64,000 bases of DNA, from the NCBI GenBank assembly GCA_973895155.1, contig OZ316892.1, forward strand, positions 26,249,233 through 26,313,232, read 5' to 3'. The stretch is from Marsupella aquatica. Its lineage: Eukaryota; Plantae; Marchantiophyta. Of this stretch, positions 49,601 through 62,300 are shown piece by piece (within the stretch, counting starts at the first letter, position 1; each line of letters begins with the position of its first letter). The notes beneath the pieces are model-generated. The model was given only the letters and a program-made list of their open reading frames with translations, was not told where the DNA came from and did no database searches. The position numbers were made by a program, and so were the translations under genes.

Positions 49601-49606
49601 TATATA
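49601..49606 (-). promoter_or_regulatory. TATA box of the U2 gene
   Basis: TATATA at about -26 to -31 from the U2 start, the usual position for plant snRNA genes. Confidence 0.7.
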
Positions 49607-50084
49607 CCTCCGTAGGAGGCTTCCTTCCTCTCGGCGTGCTTGCCTTATGGTTTAACGTATTTCTCTCCACCGGTGCTTAGACGGGAACTGAGGCAGCCGC
49701 AACATTTGCACGTACGCATCGTTACCTCTGTGAGACGACTGCAATAGGGCGTCTCAATTATGGAAAAAAAAATTGAAACTCGGGCTACCCGAGACACAGT
49801 AGGGCGCACCGCGACAGTGTTGATGCGGGCCAAGAAATGTTGGGGTAGTCAATTTTGAGACGGGTTGCGGGTGGAGATGCCGCAGAGTTGACGAGACGCT
49901 GTTCCTGTGTTGTTTTGCGTGATCCCTGGCCAATCGCCATAGGGCGGGGGTTTCGGTGTAAATGTCCTGGGCGTGACGGGTCGGGCACCACAATCGGTGC
50001 CCGACCAGTCCTGTCTGGAGGCCCAAGCGCCGATACTCCCGGGCGCTGAAATTTCCCGCAACTGGCCATATGTGAGACGCCCTA

Positions 50085-50580
50085 ATAGATCGATAGACAC
50101 ACCTTTTGCCTTGAGGGCCAAAAATCACGGAAATGAACCAATTGAAAGAAAGGGATTGACAGGAAGACCTTTTGCCCTGGTCTTTTAGGCTTTTTAGCCT
50201 TTCTGTGTGACGACTGCCATAGATAGATAGACACACATTTTGCCTTGAGAGCCAAAAATCACAGAAATGAACCAACTGAAAGGAAGGGATTGACAAAAAG
50301 ACCTTGTGCCCTGGTCTTTCCGGCTTTTTGGCCTTTCCGTGAGACCAATGACATCGGTAGATAGACACACCTTTTGCCTTGAGGGCCAACAATCAAGTAA
50401 AAGAACCAACTGAAAGAAAGGGATTGGCAGAAAGACCTTTTGCCCTGGTCTTTCCAGCTTTTTGGCCTTTCCGTTGTTTTCCCTTGGGTTTGAAATAAAA
50501 TATATATAATATTTGCAAAGGGATTGACAGAAAGGGATTGACAGAAAGAACCAACTGAAAGAAAGGGATTGACAAGAAAG
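50085..50580. repeat. ~130-bp repeat, 3 copies plus fragments
   Basis: GATAGACACACCTTTTGCCTTGAGGGCCAA...GAACCAACTGAAAGAAAGGGATTGACAG...GACCTTTTGCCCTGGTCTTT at ~50092, 50226 and 50360. Confidence 0.85.
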
Positions 50581-51541
50581 GACAACAAATCCTGGAACAA
50601 GAGCAAATCCTTGTCCTTGGGGCAGGACTCAGTTCCCTTGGAACCTTGTGCGTCACCATTTACTCTGCTGAGAGTTCTTCTACCTCTGCATTGGGGTTGT
50701 GTGAATTCTTTGCTCTTCTCTACATACCTTCATTTGGACATCGCACAACTTGGCAATACTAGGATAGCATCTTCCCTTAACTCAGATTTATGGAAACTTC
50801 TTTGCCTTTGTGAGAAAAGTCTGCAGGCTCAACACTTTCCCAATAATTTTAACCTCAGTCCATGGCACACAAATGGCATAACTCCATTCACGTTAGGCAC
50901 TAACACTGTTTGAACATTTTGGACCTTAGCCAGTGATTCTGGAAATGCAGAAATTAAGAGAACTGCACTCAAGTGCCAATGACTCGTCAAAGATGTTGAT
51001 TACCATGAATTTTGTTGATTCCCTGGAATTTGGGGATGAGAGGTAAATTAAAGAAGCTTTGATCCTGATGTGGCTCTGCCTGCTGCATTGGGGGTGAGGC
51101 CGTAACCCTTCCTTGTGGGGCAGGTTAATCCTCCCACCATTCTCAGACATTGTTCACTTAGTCCCATAACAAATGTTGCAAGATTAACCCTGAATCTGTA
51201 ACCCAGGCCTTATTGCTGTGGTTTCTACCTCTTGCCATGTGTCAAAGTTGATTAGTTCTGTTCAATGTCCTGCAATCTTCTAAGGAACTCTTTTCGCTCT
51301 TGTTTTCGACCAAGGCTCGCTAGAATCCTCAAGAGTTTCAAGCACTCTAAAGGTGGCTATGGTTCATAAATGTGGGCAAGGGAATAGTCACACCCTTCTG
51401 TCAAGAGGAGAAGGCAGTGACTTTAAAGCAGTACATGTTTGCACATTTGAAAATCACCACCATTTCAACCGAAAGCGTTCACATCCAATTCAATTTAGTT
51501 GATATACTCAGAATGGAGTTTTCTTTCCTAAATTTTATTAA

Positions 51542-54500
51542 TCATTGTAATACAGCATCACTGACTACCTCTTCATGCCTTGCGTTCTCTTCCTCGTCTT
51601 TATCAGAACCATCGCCGTCCTCTGCCTCCGGTAATCCTATGTCTAATTCATTTTTGAGGTAGCCCTTTTTCTCATCATCCTCCTCAAAATCAGCCCAGAA
51701 AGAGTCATCATCATCATCCTCCGAATCATCCATGGTGGCTCGACTCTCGATAAACTCCTCATTTTCAACACCCTCTCCTCCCTCGTCGTCGTCATCATCG
51801 TCAACCTCCGAATCATCCATCGTGGCTCGACTCTGGAAATACTCCTCACCTCCTCCCTGTTCGTCTTCGTCATCGTCTTCATTGTCAGACTCTTCCCAAT
51901 CAGATCCGTGCAAATAATCATCATCTTCCTCCACTTCAGCCATCATAGCACTTCGGAGCTGAGGAGGAAGTTCTTCCCAACGCCCAGTATCGTCTGTTGG
52001 TCCGGCCTGTCCGTCTGGCCACCCTCTATACAAGATGACTTTGGAGTGTTCATGAGAAACCAAAGTTCCCCCGGTAGCCTCCTGAGCCACCACCACAGGA
52101 ACAAAAACGTCATGTGATCAACCAAGAAGACTGCACCTCAAACAAGCTGTTGTGCATGCTTTAACATCATTAATATCCATGTGCTTAAAAAAGACCTTGA
52201 CCAATCCATTGACGATAGCAAATACACTGGCTTGCATGAAACATCCAGAAGGCTACCCACAATCCTACTAAGCTAGATTACAGACGACGTGTGATCATCA
52301 ATAAGGAGCCCAGCTAGATTGACTCTGACTCTGAACGAAAGGTCCGAAAAACGTAGGCCAGTAATTCCAACGACACAATTTCCAATCGAGGGAAAGAGGG
52401 AAAATAGGCGAAAATCTATGAGTAAGAATACACGATTTGGGGAATTCGTCTACGCATGTAGACAAAGAGAGCCTTAAATATGGAAATTATTGAAAATGTA
52501 AAAGACTGAATTTGGATTCAAAACTAAACCGTTTCGTTAATATCCTCAACTTGTGAGCTTCGGTGGTCCTTGGTAAACAGAGAAGTTTTGACTGACCGGA
52601 AACAGATCAAAACCTCTTGGGGAGCAAGTTTGGTACCTGTAATTGAAACAGTATCTCCTCAACTGGAGTACCTTTGGCTCTTCCTCTCACACCAACTTTT
52701 ACAAGAGCATGTCTTCGGAAGTGGATGCGAATCGCCCTTGCCAGACCAGCCAAAACATTGCTCCGACCTGCACCAATAACATGCAATTATATAAAAACTC
52801 GGCTTAGAGTGCAGGCAGAACTGAGAGCTTCTTCTACAGCTCTCCGTATTCACAAGTCTGCCATTCCGATTCAAAGACGCCTTTTGCGACTCTTCACTTA
52901 GATCACACAAAACTGTTATACATTTGCTTTACGCACCGACGTTAAAGTGGGCAACCCTTTTCTTCTCCTTCAATGCCTGTTGACGTAATATAAGTTTTTC
53001 CCTCCTAGAAAGAGGATCAGCCCTATATATTAGATCAGGATTGTGCTGTTTGCTCGAGTGTCCCACACTGCCATCTCCATTCCGTTCACCATCTCCAATC
53101 CGTTCACCATCTTCCTTAGGATCCTCGGGCTCTGAGGTCATCGACTCTCTTGTCTCCTCTTGAAAATCCACCGAGGCGCTGGCTGTAGGTTCATGACTTT
53201 CTTCGTCATCTTCTTCGACGTCTTCTTCGCCATCTTCAATATCATCCTCAATATCATCTTCGTTGTAATCTTCTCCATCTTCCTCTCCTAATTTGCTCTG
53301 CAGAAAAAAACAATAGAAGACAATGATTGGGATCCCGCCAGTATGTAACCAATCATAGAAGCAGATTACACTGAAAGTCACAAAATTGGACAAAATGTCT
53401 CCCCAAGGAGATCTTTTAAAGATTGCTTGCTAGAAAGGGTCACAATCATACCAAATCAGCTTTCATGTTCGCTATCTCGTTCTCCAACGTCAGCAGGTGC
53501 TTCGTCAATGCCTGTCATAGCAAACAAAAAGTACATTAGCTGCCCTCGAACACCTCCCTCCCCAATCACAAGCAAAGTAGAACGAAATCTAGTCCAGAAG
53601 ATACATAAAAATACAGTGCAGACTATTAAATTCACCATTCGCCCGCAGTCATTTAGCAAAAGCAGAACCTTTGAGTCAATAACAGGACATGATATTCTTT
53701 TCAATTATTCCTGTATTATTTTCACCAGCCAAAGGTGTGCCTTATTTCATTTTCGAAAGAAGCAGCTCAAGGTTTGAATTGTGAGCACGAAGGAAAAGAT
53801 TGCGATACTTAAAACATAGATTTCAGAACAATCAAAATACAGTCTCAAGGAGGGAGTGAGGAGATGCATACCTGTTGCCTTTGCATTTCTATAGACCTCT
53901 TCAATGCTTGACGCTTCGTAAGGAGAGTTCGGGGTCGAAGTTCTGGTGGACGCTGGTAATTCTTTCCTCGGTACACAATAATAGCCTGGCCCTTATTGGT
54001 CGGAATAGTTGCAACAAGAATCCCTCCACTCTCGTACTCGAGCATCCTGGCTGTTTGCTCCAGGTCCACTCTATCCCTAGCCTTGTATATAACCTTCACT
54101 AAAGGTCTATGTTTCCAATGTAGATGCATGTTCTCCACTGTTCCATCGAAGATTCCCCTTCTACCTGAAGAATACACGAGATGCAAACCCATTACTCACT
54201 CTCAAGTGCTTGTCATTAGTACAGGAAAGGAAATCCTCACACCACCTACAAACTTGCTCAAAGGAAGAGCATACCATATCAACAGGCATCCAAACTAGAA
54301 GTGTAAAATATGAGGAAGGATAGTACTGTCTCAACTACGGTTCAACTTCAATTGAAATAGCTGCGTTACGGTGAGAGTCAAGATAGATCATGGGCTCACC
54401 TAGAAGCAGAAATGCGTGCATCTTCAAGCCAAGCTTGCTAAACATGTATCTCTCCTCGTCTGTAATATGCTCCCGGTCCAAAGGAGGACCTGCTGGTCGA

Positions 54501-57500
54501 AGACGTCTCTGAACCTTTTCCAACTCGAGCTCTGCTCTCTGTTTCTTAGCCGTAGTCTGCACAAAACGCAAAAGAATTAAGTTTCCACTCTTGCAATGCA
54601 GCAAAGGTCCTCGTGTCCACAAATGCAACCACTGACAAGCAGCAACCCAAACGACGAAACTGAACTGAACTGGGCACAAGTACCGATGCCAATTTCAATG
54701 GAAGGCCAAACTTAGTAAAGAAAATGTTGGTTCAGAAGATACGTTAAAATCTACCGTGATTAGTTATAGCAAGCCTCACTGCGTGCTTGACCAATGAGGT
54801 ACCAACCAGGACGAAATCAGACTGGAAACGTTAGGAGTTCGTAGACTCACAATGGATACTTTTCTCCGGATCTGTCTTGTCATGGTCGTCCGTTTAGACT
54901 TGCGGACTTCCTCTGCAATTTTCAGCTGTTCCTCACTGTTTTGCAATCTCTCCCAGTTGGCTTTTGCCTCCAACGTTTCAGCCAATGTCCCCGCAATACT
55001 TCTCTCCACAGCGGTGTCTGAAACTTCTCTGCTTCGGGGAAGCAGGCGTGCTTTCTCTTCCGCTTCTTGCAAGGCCGAGGTCATGGCCTGCCGTTCTTCA
55101 AGAGCTGCAGCTACTGACGGCGGAAGGAAGTCCTTACCTCGATATAACACAATAAAGAACTTGTCTCGAGAGAGGACAATACCTCCAGTAAGCCGCTGCA
55201 CTTATCAAGACTGCAATCCGTTAAGGGAGGCATAGTGCGATGAACGAACAAGAAATGCCATCCGATTGTATAAGAAAGAACAGTCCAACAGCTATTGTCT
55301 TTGGTGAGATTCTGTAATTATATCCATCAAATTGGATGGCGTCTGTCAGTTATTAAATATGCCCTTCCGGTGAGAATAATGGTGAAAAACTTCCAAACCT
55401 TCAGCTGTTCGGCCATCCTCTCGTGATTAGTATTTTGTACTCCTCGCTTCACAGCAATTTTCGCGATCTCACTCTTTTCCCACAATTTAACAATGGCAGC
55501 CGCCAGTCCTTCCAAACCCCTGTTCACTCCTGCCAAAGGACACGTCTCAAATTTCAACTCCCCGCCGCAGTGAGTAAGATAGTTTGACTCAAGGGAACGA
55601 TGAAATTCACAATTTTGGTGTGGCGATTCAACTCTAATATGGATCAAGACAAAGACAAAGGCGGCGAGTACCTAGGACAAAATGAGGGGGAATCGGTCGT
55701 CCAAGTCTGCGCAAATTCGTCAGTTCCAAATTTGACAACGTCGACTTAACTCCATAGGGCAATTGTCTGAAAGGTTTCTTGAAACTATAATCTGGACCAA
55801 CAAGCAAATCTGCATCAACAGGAACAGGTTTCATTCCAGTCCAGTCATCGTAACGGGGGCCAAGAGTCGACAAAATGTCCTCCATCTCCCTCTCCAACTC
55901 CGGATCGTATACACTGTTGACCCTGGGGACAATAATCTTCGGTTCGACAGTCTTCTCCTTGACTCCTTCCTCCATTTCTTCAGTCTCACTGTCCTCCTCA
56001 AAACCAGGTTCATTTTCAGCCATTATTTCCTGAGACTCTGCTTCTGAGCTTGATGTCGACAGAGTAGAAAAATCTAACATCCCTCTCAACTGTGGAGGAA
56101 CATAATCCTTCCCTCGGTAGACTAAACAGGCCCCACCAGCTCGCCAAACTACGAGGCCCCCAGTCCTTTCCTGTTGATGACAGGTATTTGATGGAGAAGA
56201 ATTAGTGCTTATGCCAACAAATAACGAGGCGAAAAGAATGACAGAAAGTAATATGCACAACTTAATAATTGGAGACAGATGGAGAAGTGATCCAAGAACT
56301 CCAGATCAAGGGCTGTGAAGAGTCTGCGGCATTGATTGAAGAATATTTGAATAAAGCAGCTTGAGCTGGAAATATTGAACTCACCTCTAGTGTCTCATGG
56401 GTACGCTTCATGTTTTGTGCTGGAGGTCCCTCACATTTAACCCTAACAACCTCAGAGTTGCGCCATTCATTGTGAATTGATTCCACAATGCCATTAGTGA
56501 CTCCAAGTTTTCCAATTTTAATGCGGTGCCTTGTCAGTATGCCGAGGCTCCTCAGCCTCTTCAATTCGTCTTCAGGGAGAGTCAACTCAGCCAACGAAGG
56601 AGGTTTCACTCGAGTCACCTTATCCGCAGCTTGAGCATCATCTCTGGCATCTTCCCTCTCCCATGGAAACCTTGTATCCGGGCGAAACTTCTCCCTCGAG
56701 GGTGCCGCTGGAGAGGGTATGGGGTTATCCGGAGTGGTCCATCCTCTCCCTGCAGCAGGGAACATTGGCTGCCCGTATTGCTGGCCTGCGCTCGTCTCAT
56801 TTGGAAGTCGCCCACCACCCCTGTCTCCAGACCGGTAAATGTCTCGAGATCCTGGAATTTTGCTAAGCCTTTCCACAATCCGAGACATGGCAGAATCCGC
56901 TCTAGTCCCATCATAACGGGCTTCATCCTCGAAGTCCCTAAATCCTCTGTTGGAATCGGACTCCAAACCATCAAAATCCTCATCATCCTCATCCATTTCC
57001 CGTGCCTCTGCCTCATCTTTCGCTATTGCCGCCTGCATTCTTTTGAGCCTCTCGATGAGGGGATTTGTTTTAGGCGAAACCTTCTCACTGGTGGCCCACG
57101 GACTGCTGCTGCCTCTCCGATTGCTGCTGCTGCTAGGCCCTTGCTCCCAGGGGGCTTTGAAAACAGTTCGGTCAGAAACGAATTGTGTAGACTGCCGAGG
57201 GGTGAAAGTCTGCGTGAATGGACTCGGTTTCGACGAGCTACTAGAAGGTCTGCCAGAAACTCTTCCTCCTCCTCTTCCTCCTCCTCCTCCTCGTCCTTCT
57301 CCTCTTCCTTCTCCTCTTCCTTCTCCTCTTCCTCTTCCTCCTCCTCTTCCCTGTCCTCTACCACGAGCGTCCCATCCTCTGCCACCATCCCTACTAGACA
57401 CAGACCTTTCTCCATCGCCTCTGCCCTGGCGACCCCTTTGGAACGAATTATAATTGTCATCCTCACCTCTTCTAGAATACGATCGACTTCCGGCGTCATC

Positions 57501-57854
57501 ATCACCATACCCGTCATCAGAAACACTCGGGGGATTGGAATTGCTGCCCTGGTGAACTCTTCGAGGATTCGAACTACGCGAAGAAGGAGCAGGAGCAGCC
57601 GCAGCAGCATAACCACTCTGTCTACCGCCACGACCAGCAGCAGCAGCAGCCGCAGCAGAAGAAGAGCGATGCTGGAACCTAAGCTGATGATTTCGCTGAT
57701 CACATCCTCCGCCAACGTGAGAAGCAGATGACAAGCACAATGCACTGGTGCTGCTGCTGCTAATGTTGCTAATGTTGCTCCTACTGATGCTGCTGCTGGC
57801 CTCTAGGACAGCTCCTCCAGCCGCTTGCAGCACAGGCAGCTGCAGCAGCGCCAT
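51542..57854 (-). CDS. CFM2: Chloroplast intron splicing factor with four CRM domains (CFM2-like)
   Basis: CRM1 [22 protein letters not shown]2 [26 protein letters not shown]3 [23 protein letters not shown]4 [19 protein letters not shown]...KVILYRGW; acidic tail. Exons 57854-56385, 56170-55672, 55529-55399, 55195-54851, 54556-54400, 54164-53872, 53511-53452, 53297-52937, 52767-52637, 52081-51542. Four CRM domains distinguish CFM2 from CRS1/CFM3. Confidence 0.88.
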
Positions 57855-57991
57855 AGCTTCGATCGTCGAATTGAAACCAGGTCCGTGACCAGAGAGCGTT
57901 CGGTCACCAACGAGTGATGGAACCTTGCTCTTTCCTTCGTGGATCGTCTTTCGCCCTCCTCTATCGTGAACTGTACTGTCTGTCTTCAATT

Positions 57992-59320
57992 GGGAGGATG
58001 AGGCCTTTCTCGTGTTGGAGGGTTTGGGTTTGGGCACGGTGTTTTGGGAAGGGGTTGGGAGAGTAAATTATCCCAATAGGGACCAAACCAAAAAGATAAT
58101 GGTTAAATGGTGAGGAGGATGAGGCCTTTCTCGTTTTGGAGGGTTTGGGTTTGGGCACGGTGTTTTGGGAAGGGGTTGGGAGAGTAAATTATCCCAATAG
58201 GGACCAAACCAAAAAGATAATGGTTAAATGGTGAGGAGGATGAGGCCTTTCTCGTTTTGGAGGGTTTGGGTTTGGGCTGGGTGTCTAGGGAAGGGGTTGG
58301 GAGAGTAAATCATCCCAATAGGGACCAAATCAAAAAGATAATGGTTAAATGGTGAGGAGGATGATGCCTTTCTCGTGTTGGAGGGTTTGGGTTTGGGCTG
58401 GGTGTCTAGGGAACTAAGGGGTTGGGAGAGTAAATCAATCCAATAGGGGCCAAATCAAAAAGATAATGGTTAAATGGTGGGGAGGATGAGGCCTTTCTCG
58501 TGTTGGAGGGTTTTGGTAAGGGTTTGGGCTCGGTGTCTTGGGAAGGGGTTGGGAGAGTAAATCATCCCAATAGGGGCCAAATCAAAAAGATAATGGTTAA
58601 ATATTGGGGAGGATGAGGCCTTTCTCGTGTTGAAGGGTTTTGGTTTGGGTTTGGTGTCTAGGGAAGGGGTTGGGAGAGTAAATCAATTCGATAGGGGCCA
58701 AATCAAAAAGATAATGGTGGGGGGGATGAGGCTTTTCTCGTGTTGGAGGGGTTGGGAGAGTAAATCATCCCCATAGGGGCCAAATCAAAAAGAAAATGGT
58801 TAAATGGTGGGGAGGATGAGGCCTTTCTCGTGTTGGAGGGTTTGGGTTTGGGCTTGGTGTCTAGGGAACTAAGGGGTTGGGAGAGTAAATCATCCCAATA
58901 GGGGCCAAATCAAAAAGATAATGGTGGGGAGGATGAGGCCTTTCTAGTGTTGGAGGGTTTGGGTTTCGGCTCAGTGTCTAGGGAAGGGGTTGGGAGAGTA
59001 AATCAATCCAATAGGGGCTAAATCAAAAGACAATAGTGGTCTGGCCTGGGGTGCTAGCAATACTGGTTTGGGTTTGGGCTTGTGTCTAGGGAAGGGGTTG
59101 GGAGAGTAAATCATTCCAATAGGGGCTGAATCAGAAGATAATGGTGGTCTGGCCTTGGGTACTATCAAACCGGGATTGGGCTAGGAGTCTAGGGAAGGGG
59201 TTGTGGGAGTGGGAGAGTGAATCATCCCAATAGGGGCTAGAATAAAAGATAATGGTGGTCTGGCCTGGGGTACTAGCAATCCTGGTTTGGGTTTTGGGCT
59301 TGGTGTCTAGGGAAAGGGTT
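57992..59320. repeat. G-rich ~120-bp tandem repeat, ~11 copies, immediately upstream of CFM2
   Basis: Unit GGAGGATGAGGCCTTTCTCGTGTTGGAGGGTTTGGGTTTGGGC...GGGAAGGGGTTGGGAGAGTAAATCATCCCAATAGGGGCCAAATCAAAAAGATAATGGT. Confidence 0.93.
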
Positions 59321-62300
59321 GCTGAAGGGGGTCACTAGCCTATAACCCTCTGACCAGAAGGTAAGGAAAACCTAATTGGGGTGACACCTAGTAAGCTTTT
59401 CTGAGATTTTTTGGAGTTGGGATCAAGTTGAACCACTACCCAGACCTCCTATAGTACACAATTATTGGCCAAAAAAGCTTACTTTGGGCAAGAGATCATG
59501 GAAGTATAGAGTAGGTACATCCCAAAATGGTTACAAACTAGTAATCTGCATTCCGTACATAAATTCAATTCTCAATGTATCTAATCCTGAAGAGGGGCTA
59601 ATGTATATAGTTAAGGACCAAGTCACGGAATTTGACTACACTACCACTTACTTCCGACGCCATTTCTCACGCATGAGAAACCGCGTCAGCCCAATCACAA
59701 TGGGCTTAGGCACTTTGCTTACGGATGTCAAACTAGAAAAATTGGGCCTAGCAAGTTAGTTTTGTGTCTAGTCGATCAAGTTGGAGTCCAAATAGAGGGC
59801 CAAAAATATGGGACCAATGTTGGTTTGGGGATGACAGGTCACCAAAAGCATATATGAGGGGAGTGGTGTATCTTGGGGCCAAGGGTGAGTCTAGACGTGG
59901 AGCGCGGCGATTGCGCTACCAAAAGGAGACATCAAACAAAAACAACAATTTCTCCTCAATGGGAAGTTCGTTGGACGACTACTTGTATGGTTAAAAAGCT
60001 CTCAAGGACGGCTACCTCTCAAGGGTTAACTTAATGTATAGTTTGGGGTACCACGGGCGACCCTAGTCTAACATAATACATTGATTTTATAAAAATAAAT
60101 CAAGAAAATTCTTTATTTTCAATATTAATGACCTATTTTAGTTTATAGAATGTATATATTAGAGAATATTCCATAAATGTGAGTTTACAATATCTTCTTT
60201 TGCCTTGTGTGCTTTTTACAAATTTAGCTAATTTTTATCAAAAATATTTATTTTTGATTGTACATGGTTCCTAAGATTTTGTATGGTCAACCCCTAGAGG
60301 GCTACCTCCTCTTGATCTCCACTGGGTTTTGGGGGTGCCTTGGTCCCCTCACGGTTTGCATGAGACATCATGCTTGCTTGTTGATCATGCCGAAACAACA
60401 GCCAAGCCGTGTTCAATTCCCACGGTAGCCTACGTTGGGAAGGCAAAGCCAAGTACGCTTGGGTGTTGAAGTCCAAGTGCATTATGCCCTTGTGATTCTA
60501 GTGAGCTGGATCCATAGATGCAGTTGCTAGAGCCAGGGTCGAGTTGTTCCTAGCACTTGGGACAAGCTAGCTTTGAGGGCCATGGGCATGTCTTGGAGGC
60601 AAGGTGATCAGCCAATGACGAATAGAGATTTGAGAAGCTCGAGCAACACCTTATAGAGGGACTATTCTAGACAAACAGTTGGTATCAATCTTGGCTTGAG
60701 CTTATGCTAAGGCCAGGCGGGCCTGGGAGGCTCTACCCACTGACCTACTTATCAACAACTATTGATCTTGAGGCTAGACAATGGTCTTGGGATCCGAGAT
60801 GAAGACAAATTACTTATCGATGGGGTTAGTTGTTTGTGCAAACAATAGGGGCCATTGAATAACGATTGTGTTGAGGAGCAAGTGTGATTTTGTATAGGAG
60901 ATCTCTTTGAAGATGACAGTAATGGTGATTAAGATACCGAGTTGCTTGCTCGTGGAATTTTGTGTAGGCTTTTGACACCAAACTACTTACTAGGCAAGGT
61001 GATATTGGGTTTGGTGAGGGCGTTGGGTGGCTAGGTCCACCTGACCTGGGGTCTCCTTTAATGGGATATAAAGTTGACTATGTAACTGTCTCCCCGCATA
61101 TCACGGAGATCGTATATCCGAGAGGCTTTTTATCTCATAATGTGATTGCTCTAAATCTTTAGTTGTTTATGAAGATTGTCAAACACTGATAAAATATAAA
61201 TACTGGGCAGATTGACAGCATCATGATGGTCCATAGAACTGATCGATTGGCAGATCACCGCTAGGGTGTAGTACAATAAATCTTCTATGACCACCCAACT
61301 ACCGCGTTGACAAAAGCAATCGGCTAGTAAACCATAGATTATTGGTCTGTTTTTAATTACATATACTCCTAAAAAAAGATCTTATGTCTCAACTTGATAG
61401 TGAACCAAAAAGTGAATGACACTCATCCGGGAAACTTTTATGAGCATTAAACAAGGAGCCAAAAAGGATGGGTAATAAGCCCAAACTAAAAGAACTTTTG
61501 CTCCAAAAGCGCAAAAAGCTCAAAAATGCCCAAAAATGAACCTAAAAACTATCCCTTTCTCTGCAAAATCTTCATGGATGGAAAAAATGCCCAAAATATG
61601 TTATCATTTTGAGCCATTCAAAACATAAAATGAACCATAATAAATTATTAATCTTCGTACGATCTATTTTTAATCTTAACAATATGCACTTGCACATGTT
61701 CAAGAGATCATTTGTCTAGTTTATCCCTAAAATATCATCTTAGAGTTGATTGGAATCAAAAATATCTAAAACACTTTCAAATATATACTAAAAATTTCAA
61801 ATGAGTCTTATAATGAATTGTTTGTCTTTAATCTATCTCACACAAACCAATTACAATATTATTATTTTCAAAGTGTAACCCTCCCTTAGAAATGATTCAT
61901 GAATTCATGAGTTAGTCATTTTAATATTTTTGAATCTCAACAAATTTAAGTAGCAATAGTTACTCCAACTCTCTCATTCCCAAATCTCTAATGTTCACAT
62001 AAGTTTTAGTGGATTGGAATACTTATTTGCATTCACTTAGAAAAAAACTTCATTCTTAATTTTTAATTAGAACCTTGCATAGAAATACCAAAGTTTTCCT
62101 AGCATTTATAATACTCTTTATCTTTATTGGAGTTGATGTTTTCTTGTACTTTATTCCAAGATAATCATTCATTACTCTCTTTGTCTTTACTTGAGTTTGT
62201 GTTCTTTGTCAAATTCTTCATTCATAACTCTTTTTGTCTTAATTGAATCATTTTTTGTTCCTTTTTTTGTCATTTTCTTTGTCTTGAGTAACCTTTCTTT

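Noticed and set aside
56526-57745. Long antisense and alternative-frame ORFs (401 aa, 240 aa, 167 aa)
   Set aside because: Shadows of the GC-rich, low-complexity first exon of CFM2.
57855-58158. N-terminal extension MPKPKPS... of the 591-aa ORF
   Set aside because: It starts at a non-ATG codon inside the tandem repeat. The ATG at 57854 gives a normal transit-peptide-like N-terminus.
60040-60070. Helitron-like 3' end (GGTACCACGGG...CTAG-T)
   Set aside because: The hairpin is degenerate, and I found no 5' end or Rep/Hel coding sequence.
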